64,000 nt of DNA from Negaprion brevirostris (GCA_030324005.1 JARDVH010000163.1:2466887-2530886), one strand, 5' to 3'; numbered from the stretch's first letter, positions 12,130-25,624 are shown. Numbers and translations are program-made. Notes: generated from the sequence alone by a model not told the origin.

Positions 12130-14235
12130 TAATGGGTTGACAATGGATACGCAATTGCAGCCATTTAAAGAACATATGGATGAACTTCAATAACTGTACA
12201 TCCCTGTCTGGTGTAAGAGCAAAACTGCAAAGGTGGCTCATCCACGCCTAACACGGGAAATCAGGGATAGTGTTAAAGCCAAAGAGGCATATAATTGGCT
12301 CCAAAAGCAGCAAACATGAGGACTGGGAAAAAATTAAAATCTAGCAGAGGAAGACAAAGGGTTCTGCAGCAGGCAGACAAAGATTCGATAGCAGATAATA
12401 GAATATGAGAGTGGATTTGCAGGAAACATGCTGACTGCAAAAACTTCTACAGATATGTGAAGGAAAAATAAAGACTAGTGAAGATAAATATAGGTCCATT
12501 ATAGTTAGAATCAGACGAGCTCATAATGGATAACAAGCAATGGCAGATCAGCTGAACAAATACTTTGGAGCTGCCTTCATTAAGGATGGCACAAATAACC
12601 TTGCAGAATTACTAAGGAATAGAGGGTCTAGCACGAAGGAGGAACTGGAGGAAAACCTTATTATTCATGAAATTGTTTTGAGGAAATTGCTGGGGTTAAA
12701 AGCCAACGGGTCCCCGGGTCCTGATGCTCTGCATCCCCNNNNNNNNNNTGGCCCTAGACATAGTGAACGCATTGGTGATCAGTTTCCAGCATTCTATAGA
12801 CTCTGGAAGAGTTATAGTGAATTGGAGGGCAGTTAATGTACCCCCAATTTTTGAAAAAAAACGGAGGAGAGGGAAAGCAGAGAATTATAGATCGGTCAGC
12901 CTGACAGCAATGATGGGGAAATTGATGCAGTCAATTATTAACGATGTCATAACGGAGCATTTGGAAAACAGTGACGGGATTGCTCCAAGTCAGCATGGAT
13001 TCACTGAAGGGAAATCGTTCTCGACAAATCTTCTGGAACATCTATGGATGTGACCAGCAGAGTGGACGCGAGTGACCAATGGATGTTGTGTGTCTGGACT
13101 TTTAAAAGGTTGTTGACAACGTTCTACACAACAGATTAGCGAGGAACATTAAAACTCGTGGCATTGACGTGGATCGAGAACTGTTGGCAGACAGGAAGCA
13201 GAAAGTGGGAATAGACACGTCTTTTTCAGAAGGAATTCAATGAAATATCTCCAAATTTGCACACGACACTAAGCTGCGTGACAATGTGTATTCTGAGAAG
13301 AACGCTAAGAGGCTACAGGGTAACTTGGATAGGCTGGCAGAGTGGACCAATATTGGAAATGAAGATATTCTGTTTGGTGGCAAAAACAGGAAGGAAGATT
13401 ATTATCTGAATGGTGCCAGTTTAGGAAAAGGGGAACTTCAACGTAGCCAGGATGTCATGGTGGAGCAGCCGCAAAGTCTTTTACTTCTTGGGAATGCCGG
13501 GGATTGCCCGCCGTTCCCTTGTCTGAAAGGACTTGGTACTTGGCATGCAGGTACAGCAGGCAGTGAGAGAAGTTAATGGCATGCTGACCTTCATGGCAAG
13601 AGGATTTGAGTATAGGATATATATTGAGTAAGGATGTCTTTCTGCAGTTAGGTGGGGCTTTATGGGCCTTATCTTGGATATTGTGTGCAGTTTTGATCTC
13701 CTTGTCTGAAGAAGGACATTATTGTTTTTGAGGGAATCCAGCAAAGTTTCATCAGTCTGACTCCGGGAATCGCAGGACTGACACATGAAGGGATATTGGA
13801 CGGACTGGGCTTGTAATCACTGGAATTTAGAAGAATGAGAGGGGATCTGATGGAAATATATAAAATCCTCATGGGACTGGACAGGCTAGATGCGGGAAGA
13901 ATGTTCCCGAAGTGGGAAAATGCAGATTAGGGGGCATAGTCTAAGAATAAGGGGTAAGCCATTCAGCACTGCGATTAGGAAGTTCTTCACTCAGAGAGTT
14001 ATGATCAGGAAAATTCTCTACCACAGAAAGCTATTATGTCCAGTTCGTTAAATTTATTCAAGAGGAAGTTGGACGTGGCCCTTGTGGCTGAAGCGGTCAA
14101 TGAGTATGGAGAGGAAACGAGAGTGGGACACTGAAAGTGAATGATCAACCATGATCATATTGAATGGTGGTGCAGACTCGACGGGGCGAATAACCTACTG
14201 CTGCACTTGTTTTTATGTTTCAATGTTTCTATGCA
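12130..14235 (+). mobile_element. CR1 LINE ORF2 to 3' end, degenerate
   Basis: SPGPDALHP, NWRAVNVPPIFEKK, NYRSVSLTAMMGKL, SQHGFTEGKSFSTNLLE, LQGNLDRLAEW; tail TTTTATGTTTCAATGTTTCTATG. Confidence 0.9.
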
Positions 14236-16446
14236 ATAGGCAAGAAAAGAAGGATGTGGACTGTGTAAGGGCAGAAGGCGTTTTTTTGTAGCTGAATTAG
14301 GGTATCGTGATTCGCATCCGCTTGGAGGGCGGAANNNNNNNNNNNNNNNNNNNNNNNNNNNNNNNNNNNNNNNNNNNNNNNNNNNNNNNNNNNNNNNNNN
14401 NNNNNNNNNNNNNNNNNNNNNNNNNNNNNNNNNNNNNNNNNNNNNNNNNNNNNNNNNNNNNNNNNNNNNNNNNNNNNNNNNNNNNNNNNNNNNNNNNNNN
14501 NNNNNNNNNNNNNNNNNNNNNNNNATTCAAGTCCTTTATGACCATTTGATTTTCTTTTAGATGAATTGAAAACAAATTTCCTCGTCATGTTTATCACATC
14601 TTGGAAGTGTTTGCACGATTCGAATCATTTCTCCACTCGGTTCCTCTGGAAATATGGCCTTCCTCACATTCCTCTAATGACCATAAGACGTGAGTGCAGA
14701 ATTAAGCCATTCGATACAGCGAGTCTGCTCATTTTATAATGATCATGACAAATCTGATCCGACATTCCTCAGCTCTATTTTCCTGCCTGAGGCTTTTGAT
14801 CGCATTGCTCATTAAAAAGGGCCTTTCTCAGCATAAAACACGTTTATCCAATTCAGAAGCATTCACCCCAATGCCAGATCTCAAATCGCCTCAATGAAAT
14901 ATGACGCAGTATTTTCTTTAGAAGATCAGAGGATTTTTTTCACACAAGTATTAGTCTTCTTTGTGGCTATCTGTCTTCTCCTCCCGCGTATTATATCTTC
15001 CCACATATAACCTACTACCCTTATACCTTCATGTATTTTCTGTTTGTTTCACCGTTTTTACATTCAAACGTTATTCTAATTACCTGTAACTGTTGTCTAA
15101 TTGTCTGTCTGGGCTTCCTGAATCCACTTTCGAATTAATGATATTGTGCAAACAGGTCGGTAAGTAACTTTCTTTCACTCTCTATATATGTACATAAAGC
15201 CAAAAATAACTCACCGGACCTTGACCACAATGCTCTGTCAAAATGTATCGTTTGAATGCTTGTACGTCAAAGTAACTTTAAATGTTATTTAATTATCTTN
15301 NNNNNNNNNTTTCATGTGGTTCCTTGTCAGTGTGTGGGGCACACAAAGGGCTAAAGAGAGTTAAAACTTTTGCGGCAGCTCCGGGTGTCTGAGGCGATTT
15401 TCTTTTTTCAAGCAATTTCTGTGCAATTCATTTCATTTTATTGCAGATCGAAGATCAAGCGCTTATGGCGACATATCAGGTTTGTTGTCAATGTCAGCTA
15501 CGGCTTTAAGGAGGGATTTGGACTGCCTTTTTGTAGAAAATCAGCAATCATTTCTCGGTGCCTCTCCCAAAATTCCTCACCAAAGTTTTTTCCCGTCTAT
15601 CCTTATTTAATATGCTATTCCACCTTTGCTTGTGATATCATGTTCCCTTTTGCCTCATTTTCTCTTTGTTTTGTTTCAGTCCATTATTACCAGGAGTTAC
15701 TCAAATTCTGACTGTTTTTCGGCATGTTCCTTGTCATAGCGTACTATGCCAATATTTGCCTGTTACTGACCAATTGATCACGCGTTTTGATGTGGCCACC
15801 AGTTAGCTGTCGCTTTCCCAATAGCATTTGGCGCCTTTGCATATTTGGAATTTCGACTTCAGTTGTTCCGTAACAGTGAATTCCGTTTCTTTATTTTTAA
15901 CTCGGTATTGTTTTCAGACCGTTATTTTCTCAACATAAAATAGGTATTGGATCACCAAGCGCAATCTTTGCTCGATGAGTTGAAATTCCCAGAACTTTAT
16001 ATGTCTTCTTGTGACCTCAATGAATTAATGCTTCAGTTAGCTGCGGTGCCGCCGATATTCAGAATAAATAGCAAACTAAACAGACACACGAAAGGATGCA
16101 AAATCGGTGACATCTCAATAGCAGATGTGATCACGGAGGAGGATCTTGCTAAACATAATTTCCGACGTAAACCGATCGGATCAAATGGCCTCTTCATCCT
16201 GTCAATACTGTAATTTATTTTTGTCTGTTCTTCGGCATCGAGGGTGAACTTTGTTCAGTTTTCCGGCGGAACGAAAATGAAATGAATTGATGTATCCAAA
16301 CATTCTCCGTGGCGCTATTTTTAATAAAAATTATTTTGATTATCAGTTTCCTATTGAAGATCAGCCCGGAAGTTTCAGAGATCTACCATAATCTGCAGAG
16401 CTCTATCAACGGTTACAAGCATCGCACTGTAACAACGGAGAGGAGG

Positions 16447-16599
16447 ATGGAGAATCTGCAGAAAAACGATAAGGCTGAATCTCTTCCAGGAAAATGTAAT
16501 ATCGTTGACCATCAGCGCTACACGGCGTGCGGTTTCACTTTACACATCGGCATATCCTCGTTGGCTGAATTAGGGTTTGGTGCTATAGTGTGGGACGCA
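16447..16599 (+). CDS. EEF1AKMT3: EEF1A lysine methyltransferase 3-like (METTL21B-like), coding exon 1
   Basis: AGGATGG start; MENLQK...YTACGFTLHIGISSLAELGFGAIVWDA, then GTAAGT donor (phase 0); G..VWDA is the METTL21-family N-terminal motif. Confidence 0.85.
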
Positions 16600-16900
16600 G
16601 TAAGTTCAGCTCTTTTTGTTGTTAAGACCAGGGCAGAGACTCCCAACTGCTTTGTGATGTAGGTCTAGGCCCTAAAATCTACCTGTGATGCTGACAGTGT
16701 GAGCATAAGCCGTTTCACTCCATGTATGGGTCACTCCAAGTGACCCAGCAGGAAACTTTCATCAAACAAAGTTTATTTAAGAATACAGTTAGAATACATG
16801 AAAAATAATTAGCATAACCTTTACCAATTACATGCCTTAAACATGACACAACACAACACTTAATAACTAAAAATGTCTGTGCTCCCAGTTAAAGCAATAT

Positions 16901-17248
16901 GGGCGGCACGGTAGCACATTTGTTAGCACTGCTGCCTCACAGCGTTAGGGACTCGGGCTCGATTCCTGGCTTGGATGACTATATATGTGTAGATTGCACA
17001 TTCTCGCTATGTCTGCGTCGGTTTCCTGCTGGTGCTCTGGTTTCCTCCCACAATCCAAAAGATGTGCAGATTAGGTAGATTGACCATGCTAATTTGCCTC
17101 TTAGTGTCCCCCGGATGCGTAGGTTAGAGAGAGGTGAGAGGTAAAGACGTGGGGTTAAGGGGATGGGGCCTGGGTGGGATTGTTGTCGGTGTAGACTTGA
17201 TGGGCCGAATGGCCCCCTTTTGTACTGTAGGGATTCTATGATTCTATG
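16901..17248 (+). mobile_element. HE1-type tRNA-derived V-SINE
   Basis: GGGCGGCACGGTAGCAC..TTAGCACTGCTGCCTCACAGC head, GGTTTCCTCCCACAATCCAAAAGATGTGC core, CR1-like (ATTCTATG)n tail. Confidence 0.85.
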
Positions 17249-17610
17249 AACCGATAGACGTACACCCTTCTTCAGAATTAGTCCGCACTAAAACAAATAT
17301 CCGCAAGTGGGCAGAAAATCAAGCCAGCAGTTTCCACAGAAGATTGTATCCTGAAAACAGCAAATCCTCGGAGAGGTAAATCCAATGTCTGGCAGCTTCC
17401 AGTCCCCAGACTTCAGAGAGCGGAAGAGAGAGAGAGAGAGAGACTGCTCTCCCTTAGCTCAAAAGCATCATCTAAACAGCCACTTATACAGCAGAAACTC
17501 CAAATCCAAAGAGGAGGCAAAACATTATTGGTTGTCTCAGCTCCAAGCAGCTTCTAAAAATGAAACTAATACTAGCTTTCTGTGTGAAGCAAAGCTTGAC
17601 CCAGTCATAT

Positions 17611-17900
17611 AGGTGGCACGGTGGCACTGTCATTAGCAGTATGGCCTCATAGCACCAGGAACCTGGATTCGATTCCCAGCTTAGGTTATTGTCTGTGGGG
17701 AGTCTGCACACTTTCCCCGTGTGTGTGTGGTTTCCTCTGGGTGCTCCGGTTTTCTCTCATAGTCTGAAAGATCTGCTAGTTAGTTGCATTGGCCATGCTA
17801 AATTCTCCCTCGTGTAACCAAACAGGCGCTGGAGTTTGGTGACTAGAGGATTTTCACAGTAACTTCATTGCAGTTTTAATGTGCCAAAAAAACTTAAAAC
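17611..17900 (+). mobile_element. V-SINE (second tail subtype)
   Basis: GGTGGCACGGTGGCAC head, GGGTGCTCCGGTTT core, tail TTTTCACAGTAACTTCATTGCAG. Confidence 0.8.
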
Positions 17901-18597
17901 ATTTGTATGATATGCCACGTCAATCGTCTCAATGAAGCTCGACCTTGCAATCCCAGGGGAACTTTAAAACTACAGAGCATTGCATTGATTCAAATCAAAA
18001 CAAACACGATGTTAATTATCCTGCGCCAATACAGTAAAGGACTTCGGGGCTGCAGACAACATGATGCCGGCAAAATCCCAAGGACTGCTTAAATGTCCTG
18101 CAGAGAAGCATGAGTAAAATATTTTTTTTAAAGGCACAATATCGTCACATTATCTATCGGAACTAAGTGGTATTGGTGCACTGGTGAACATGATTTCGAA
18201 GGCGACTTCCCAAACTGCTGTAAAGGGCTCAACAGACAGATCAACATTTTTGTATTGAGGGAGGACCGCGGTTGCGTGCCTTATTTGAGAGCAGGAAATT
18301 GATACCATAATGGCACCAAGGTGAGGAGAAATTAGGGTTCACTTTGATTTCGGCATGTTTTTATATGGAAATAAAAAAAAATCAAGCTTGTTACATTAAA
18401 TAGATGATCAGAATAATTTGCAATTGAGTTAAAAACTAAAGGCGATTTTTTAAAAGGGGCGGGGGGGGGGGGGGGATGCGGTTGGTGAAGGATTAGCNNN
18501 NNNNNNNNNNNNNNNNNNNNNNNNNNNNNNNNNNNNNNNNNNNNNNNNNNNNNNNNNNNNNNNNNNNNNNNNNNNNNNNNNNNNNNNNNNNNNNNNN

Positions 18598-18670
<73 letters not shown>

Positions 18671-19473
18671 CGGATGGTGAAGGATTAGCCTAATCTGATT
18701 TGAGAGAAGTTCTCCGTGTTGCTGTTCTCCCTTCTGTCAGTTCCATCTTCTAAAGTGACAGAAGCAATCAGTTAACAAATTATTTTGTTCAGCACAATAT
18801 ATATGTTCCATTTCCATATCGCACGGAGAATGCATAACTGGCTTCTTAAGTGTCCACCAGTTAACTTACAGGAAAGGCAAGTTTGCATCCCATCTTGTTT
18901 ATGAAATTTCATAAGCTGTATTAGCCACTTCACTCCTCGCAACGTTTCTTTAGAAATAAGGATCTAGCTTCAGATAGGACTTGCTCACTTTCTTCCTGAA
19001 GAAAACTTCCAGCGTGTTCTCCTAAGAGTTCAAGGATAATGAGCCACATGGATTTCGAAGTGGCTTCGGGCTGAAGACAATGGACGAAGCGAGGTCGTAA
19101 CAGTAAATAAACACAAGGAGGAAAATATAAAAATAAATGCTGCGAATCTATATTGGCCAGTGAGAAGTGGATGCAAATTGGAGTAACAGTTGCCATTTTC
19201 TGCAACGCAGCCACAAAATACCACCTGTCACAATCGACTCTAAATGATGCATCCTACATTTGTCTTGAGATTGAGAAGTTGAAGTGAAGGATACTCGTTG
19301 CATCTACAAAACTGATATTTATTCATGCTCTGGGCAAATGCGGCCATCCGCAGGTCAGAAAACCCAGTGTATATTGTGAACTTGGACTAGGGCTTTGATA
19401 CGAGTGCAAAAATATGGGCTGGGGTCTCTCAAAACAAAACTAAGTGCCCAACCGGTAGGAAAAGGGGTGTATT

Positions 19474-19790
19474 TCATAGAATCCCTACATCGCACAAGGA
19501 AGCCATTCGGCCCGTCGAGACTGCACCGACCGCAATCCCACCCAGGATCTACCCCTATAACCATACGTATTTACCTCACTAATCCCCTGACATTAAGCGT
19601 CTATTTAACATGGCCAATCAATATAACCCGTACCTTTTTGGAGTGGGAGGAACCCGGAGCATCCGGAGGAAACCCACGCAGGCACAGGGAGAATATGCAA
19701 ACTCCAAACCGACAGTGACCAAAGCTGAGAATCGAATCCGGCTCCCAGGCGCTGTGAGGCAGCAGTGCTAACCACGGTGCCATCGTGCAG
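19474..19790 (-). mobile_element. HE1-type V-SINE
   Basis: Reverse complement of the head/core/tail seen at 16901. Confidence 0.85.
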
Positions 19791-21670
19791 GCCCGCTATT
19801 GTCTCCCGCCTGTTTTCCGACGCACTTAGCGCCACGAAACTCTGGCACTCCGAGCAATGCAGAATGCCTCAGGGNNNNNNNNNNNNNNNNNNNNNNNNNN
19901 NNNNNNNNNNNNNNNNNNNNNNNNNNNNNNNNNNNNNNNNNNNNNNNNNNNNNNNNNNNNNNNNNNNNNNNNNNNNNNNNNNNNNNNNNNNNNNNNNNNN
20001 NNNNNNNNNNNNNNNNNNNNNNNNNNNNNNNNNNNNNNNNNNNNNNNNNNNNNNNNNNNNNNNNNNNNNNNNNNNNNNNNNNNNNNNNNNNNNNNNNNNN
20101 NNNNNNNNNNNNNNNNNNNNNNNNNNNNNNNNNNNNNNNNNNNNNNNNNNNNNNNNNNNNNNNNNNNNNNNNNNNNNNNNNNNNNNNNNNNNNNNNNNNN
20201 NNNNNNNNNNNNNNNNNNNNNNNNNNNNNNNNNNNNNNNNNNNNNNNNNNNNNNNNNNNCTATATAAGACCATAAGAAAGAGGAGCAAAATTTAGCCATT
20301 CGGCCCACCGAATCTTATCCGCCATTCAATCATGGCTGATTTTTTTTCTCATCCCCATTCTCCTGCCTTTCCCTTATCAATCAAGAACCAATCTATCTCT
20401 GTCTTGAAGACACTCAATTACCTGGCCTCCACAGCCTTCTGCCGCAAACTGTTCCACGGATTCACCATTTTCTGGCTGACGAAATTCCACCTCATGTCTG
20501 TCTTAAAGGATCGTCCCTTTAGCCTGAGGTTGTGTCCTCTGCTTCTAGTCTTTCATACTACTGGAAACATCCTCTCCACCAGCGCACTATCCAGGCCTCG
20601 CTGTATCCTGTAAGTTTCAATATGATCTCCCTTCATCCTTCTAAATTCCAACCAGTACAGACCCTGAGTCCTCAACCGTTCCTCATATGACAAGCTCTTC
20701 ATTCCTGAGAATAATCTTGCCAACCTCCTCTGGACTCTTTCTAAATCCAGCACATCCTTCCTTAGATATGGGGTCCAAAACTGCTCACAATACGCCAAAT
20801 GAGATCTGTCCATGGTCTTATGCAGCCTTGGAAGTACATCCTGCTCTTGTATTTTAGCCCTCTCAATATGAAAGCAAACATTGCATTTGCGTCCCTAACT
20901 GCTGACTGAACCAGCCCGTTAACCTTAAGAGAATCTTGAAGAAGGACTCCAAAGTATCTTTGTCTTTCTGATTTCCTAAGCATTTCCCTATTTAGAAAAT
21001 AGTCCATGCCTCTATTCCTTCTTCCAAAGTGCATAACCCCACGCTTTTCCACATTGTATTCCATCTGCCATTTCTTTGCTCACTCTACTAACCTGTCCAA
21101 GTACTTCCACAGCTCCCCCACCCACCTTCCTCAAAGTTATCTGTCCCTCTTATCTTTCCATTATGCCCATGCCCAACATTTTTCCATAAGCAGCACCGAT
21201 CGCACTCCTTCTTCTACCTCACACCAATTGTGATTGCACAGTGGCAGCGGCCACCCCCTCACCAATCACCCCCACAAGGGCCCTTGTCTCCACAATGCCC
21301 CGCTCCTCTGGACCCGCCCCGTTGGCGTTGCCTTGTGCTCGGCAGGCAGTGACAATGCACTCAGTGCGCCGTGCCAAGGTGAGCAGTGGGCAGTGACAAT
21401 TTGCCCCTTGGACAGTGCCAGGGTGCCAAGGAAATCACTGCCAGGCTGCCACTGCCCAAGGAACACCACCCTTGCCCCGACCTCCTTGGGGGGAGGGGGC
21501 TCAATGCCTGCTGTCCTCACCGGCGGGGTCAGGATGCCTGTTTCCCGCTTGTGGAGCAGCATTAAACACGTTTGGAGGTAACCACCCCTGGCGGTGAGGC
21601 AGACACTAGCGAGCCTTCAGAATACCGTCCGGGGCCTGTTCATCATCTGGGAATCCAAATTTCCATATTG
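19790..21670. mobile_element. GC-rich non-autonomous DNA-transposon-like element (TGCCA-rich) split by a gap and by a CR1 3' end (-, ~20260-21110)
   Basis: CR1 minus ORFs YCEQFWTPYLRKDVLDLERVQRR and MEYNVEKRGVMHFGRRN; flanking GC-rich TGCCA/GGCA repeats at 21170-21670. Confidence 0.55.
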
Positions 21671-22195
21671 TATTCAGCTCCACATCTTAACAATAGTTAT
21701 ACAAAACTAATTAGCTTAATGTTTACGAAGCTGAAATATTGAACATGATCTGATACATTTCTTAGCTACTAAACTATCTCTATTTGTTCCAGTTAAAACA
21801 ACATTCCCCTTACATACTTCAAAACTTCTTGAAATCCAGTTAGCAAAAACGCATGCTTTTTCGTTTTTATTTGTTAAAAGTTTCTCTCCAGCGAGGTTCA
21901 CATATGATCCACAGCAACGTGGACCTATTAGGATGGTCTTGCCAGTAGCACAATCAGTGCGACCGTCCATTAAAACATGTTCTCTGCCCAATGCTTGTGC
22001 GGCCTTTGCAATATGAACTGGCTTTCAAGAAAAACTGAGGATGTATTTAATTATTCTGCTGCCTAAAATATGAATTCAACAGTGATGCATGGTTGGTGAC
22101 AGTAGAAAAATTTCTATGTAAGTTATTTTCTTTTGCAATTCTTCGTCGGAGCATCTATGTATCATTAACATTGTTGTTTGCATTTTGTTTTAAAG

Positions 22196-22307
22196 TCTGT
22201 AGCTTTGATGCGCTACTTTGAGGAACAGAAGATAAGTTTCGCCCATAAGAAAGTGATTGAACTGGGCTCAGGCACTGGAATTTTGGGCATTCTAACAGTC
22301 CTTCTAG
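22196..22307 (+). CDS. EEF1AKMT3: EEF1AKMT3/METTL21B-like coding exon 2 (SAM-binding motif I)
   Basis: TTTTGTTTTAAAG acceptor; SVALMRYFEEQKISFAHKKVIELGSGTGILGILTVLL(G); 112 bp, phase 0->1; donor AG|GCAAGT. Confidence 0.9.
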
Positions 22308-22339
22308 GCAAGTGAAATGTGTTTCTTGTACACAGGATC

Positions 22340-22655
22340 GCGAGGCGAGTACTATGCGGACATGGGTTAAAATTCCACTTTGGCGGTTGTAAAAAATTGA
22401 ATTCAGTTAATCAAAAAAAATCTGAAATTGAAACATATTCATCATGAAACCACTATCGATTTGTAAAACACTGAATGGTTCATTAACGCCCAGTAGGGAA
22501 GGATACCTGACATCCTTTTCTCCTCTGGCCGATAAATGACTCCAGAACAACATCACCGTGCTTGATTCTTAAACGCTCCGGGAAATGTCCCTGCAAGCCG
22601 TTAAGTTCAAGGTACTTTAGGGACGGGCAACCAATGCTGGCATTGTACACGATTC
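22340..22655 (+). mobile_element. Old tRNA-derived SINE (SacSINE1/MER131-like core), degenerate
   Basis: CATGAAACC..GGTTCATTAA..AGGGAAGGA..TGACTCCAG core; tail GGGCAACCAATGCTGGC. Confidence 0.55.
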
Positions 22656-23054
22656 ACTTATTATATAAAATAAAATATATGAAAGGAAGGGTAAGGCATG
22701 AATCGAATAGAAAATGGGTAAAACCAATCGATCGGAATTTCAAGACAGTACCTTTGGAAAGCGGAGATGAGGTTAAGTTTCCGGGAGATGAACTTTCAGA
22801 ACTGGAGATGATTAAGTATGTAGCAATGCTTAAATGCAAAGCCGGGAAAATTCGGGGAAAGGACAAAAGGCAGCTACAAAGATTGCAGACTCTCCCTCAT
22901 GCCCTCTGATTCTCCCTCCTCTGGATCGCAGACTTGCTCTCACTCTCTCTCACCCCTCTCCACCGATCTCCGACTGTCCCCCACACACTCTAATCCCCCT
23001 TCTTTTCTATTGCATACTCTCTCATTTTCCTCTTACTCCCATGTCACTGATGGT

Positions 23055-23365
23055 AAAGCACGGTGCAGCACGTTGGCACAATGGTTAGCACTGCTGCCTC
23101 ACAGCATCAGGGACAAAGGTTCCATTCCAGGGTTGGGTCACTTTCTGTGTGAAGCTGGCACATTCTCCCCATGTCTGTGTGGGTTTCTTCCGGGTGGTCC
23201 GGTTTCCTCCCACAGTCCAAAGATGTGAAAGTTAGGTGAATTGGCTATGCTAACTTCTCCCTCATTGTATTCGAATCCGCGCTGGTGTGTGGCGACTAGA
23301 AGTTTTTCACAGTGTAGGCATTGCAGTGTTAATGTAAGCCTACTGGTGACTAATACATAAACGTT
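23055..23365 (+). mobile_element. V-SINE
   Basis: TGGTTAGCACTGCTGCCTCACAGC head, GGTTTCCTCCCACAGTCCAAAGATGTG core. Confidence 0.8.
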
Positions 23366-23439
23366 TTTGTTAAGAAAAGGTGTGCTTCTGAGGGTCACCC
23401 ATTGGCAACCTGCATGTCTCAAGACATCGGTCTTTACAT

Positions 23440-24480
23440 GCATCCTTCTGTCATCACAAGAGAAGAATGCCCATAATATTCAGGATCGGCAGAAAACAGT
23501 GGATGATCTGTTTGATTTAAGAGTTCTACCTGGTTTTGAAGATTGGATCTGGTGTGGGTGGATGACAACTGCACCATCAGTGACAACCAGCTCAGGGTGC
23601 AACATAGATTTAATTCCTGTGATATTTCAAGTAAGAGGTATGCAACCCACAATGCTGTCCCTCCTTTGCATTCAACCTTCTGTTCCGTGTTGCAGGAAAT
23701 GATCCAGATGCACCAGGCCGATCTGACATTACGTCCCCCTGCCACAGGCCATTGCCGAATCACAGCAGACAAGCTCAGGGTCTTAACTGGCTTATTGAGA
23801 TTCTGGAGCCCATGGTTGAGTGGTTCCAGACCTTGCAGGAGACCCAGCGGGACAGTGCTGAGACATAGCAGGCTTTTTTTTCCCCAGCCTTTCAGTGCAT
23901 GGCCCACTCACACAGGGTCATTTCTGAGAGGTTGCAGAGCATGGTCCAGCCTCAGAGGGTACCTCCAGCTGCCAGTGACAGGTGGCAGCACAGTGACAAG
24001 ATCATCACTGAGGGCTCTCACACCCTGACAACAATGAAGGCGGCCTTCCAGGACTGGCAGGCCCAGGTGACACCAAGAGCACACAGGAACCCGGAGGGAG
24101 GAAGACAGACTAGATTCCACGCCCGATGCTTCCATCCAGGAGACTGTGGCTGTTGCTACACTTTCTGTCTCTACCCTTCATGACACCAGGATATCTCAGG
24201 GGCAGCCAAATGGACAGGGTGATATGGATATACGGACATGACACTTGAAAGTTGGCCAGGGCTCTCAGGGTTCAGGCACTGCAGATGACGATCAGCAACT
24301 ACGTCACAGGCCACAGGGTGTGGTGGGCAGATGACCACCTCCAACTCTGACGCACAACATGGGGGGAAACTGAGACAGTGCTAGGCCACGTAGAGTTAAG
24401 AAGTTGTAGCAGCACTAGTGTAGCACGGGGGAAGGAGGACACCAGTTAGAGAATTGGAACACTGTTAATTTTGCTTGCAC
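23440..24480 (+). mobile_element. Harbinger-type transposon accessory (Myb/SANT-like) ORF remnant
   Basis: EKNAHNIQDRQKTVDDLFDLRVLPGFED resembles the EK.AHN.RER.KTGGG.PD.R.LT.FE segment of vertebrate Harbinger accessory proteins; decayed Q/E-rich coding sequence follows. Confidence 0.55.
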
Positions 24481-25057
24481 TTGTTCTTATATATGAACAG
24501 TGAGTTTGATGGCACAATTATTGCTCCAACAATTATTGCCACCAGCCACCACTATGACTGAATTGTCTCTGATTAGCCTCGAACAGGAATGTCCTTACCC
24601 CGAACTTTGCCGGAGGGGTCCTGTAAGTTCATGCTGTGAGACAGACTCTTCAGCGTTCACTGGCTACAGCGAATGAACCTTCACTTATGGTACAGAACGA
24701 TAAAATGCTGAGAAATGAAACACGTTACGGAAGCTGTCTATCTTGCCTTAAACAAGAAGTGGAGTGAACACGCGTCAAAAGGAATCGAATACTGAAAAGG
24801 CCGTGGGCTTTGACAACCTTCTGGTAATAGTAGTGAAGACTTCTCCTCCAGAACATGCTGCGTCCCAGGCAATTGTTCCAGCAAGGATAATGGTATGGCA
24901 TCAACCCGGCAATATGGAAGATTGCGCGTGGCTGTTCTGTCCACAAAAATTGGGACAGATCTAACGGTCAATCATCTACTTTAGATCTTCAACAAAATGA
25001 TGGGAAATGTCGTTGATAGTGTAACCCATTGAAACTTGTTGAGCAATTACTGCCATG

Positions 25058-25325
25058 ATGGTACAGTAGTTAGCACTTCCGCCCCACATCGCCAGGGACT
25101 GTGTTCGATTCCCGTCTGTGTGAAGATTGCACGTTCTCCACTTGTTTAAAGATGTGCAGATTAGGTTGATTGGCCATGTTAAAATACCCTGTACTTTCCA
25201 AGGATCTGTCTGTTATTTGGAATAGACATGATAAATTAATGGACTCGTTTAAGGTGCTCTTCCGCAGAGTCAATGCAAACACGCGAGGTGACTGGTCCTC
25301 TTCGACACTGTAGAGATTCTATGAA
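25058..25325 (+). mobile_element. Internally deleted V-SINE
   Basis: TGGTACAGTAGTTAGCACT head, AAAGATGTGCAGATTAGG core, GATTCTATG tail. Confidence 0.65.
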
Positions 25326-25624
25326 TTACCTGAACAATAATGCACAACTGGTGTTCCGCCAGGGCAACTCAGCTGTTGAGGTTATTACAGAGTTTGTCCA
25401 AACATGGACAAAAGATTTGAACCCAAAATGTGACTGTTCTTGATATCAGGACAGAATTTTTCCAATTGTGGCATCAAGAAGCACTAGCAAAACTGGAGTC
25501 AATGTGAACCTGGGGAATTCGCTGCACTGATTGCAGTGAAACCTCGCATATGAGGAAGGCTTTGCGTGTTGGAGGTCGATAAATTCAGTCACAGGATCTC
25601 ACTGCAGCAGCTCATATTGCAATT

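Larger units (their letters stand above)
16620..18149 (-). mobile_element. Solo LTR (Gypsy-like) carrying two SINE insertions
   Basis: Termini TGTTAAGA...CGTCACA; near-TSD TTGT/TTAT; TTTATT at ~16773 gives AATAAA on the minus strand; (GA)n tract. Confidence 0.6.

Noticed and set aside
15947-16213. 88-aa ORF upstream of the methyltransferase
   Set aside because: TTG start, no recognisable domain or splice support, and it ends in a CR1-tail-like remnant
16309-16446. In-frame GTG-started hydrophobic extension upstream of the methyltransferase ATG
   Set aside because: Non-ATG start in AT-rich sequence; the ATG at 16447 has strong Kozak context and gives a family-typical length
16901-16975. tRNA-like A/B boxes here and at other SINE heads
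   Set aside because: They are SINE 5' ends followed by core and tail, not tRNA genes
18455-18690. Poly-G and long poly-C runs with duplicated GGTGAAGGATTAGC around a gap
   Set aside because: Typical homopolymer/gap-edge assembly artefact
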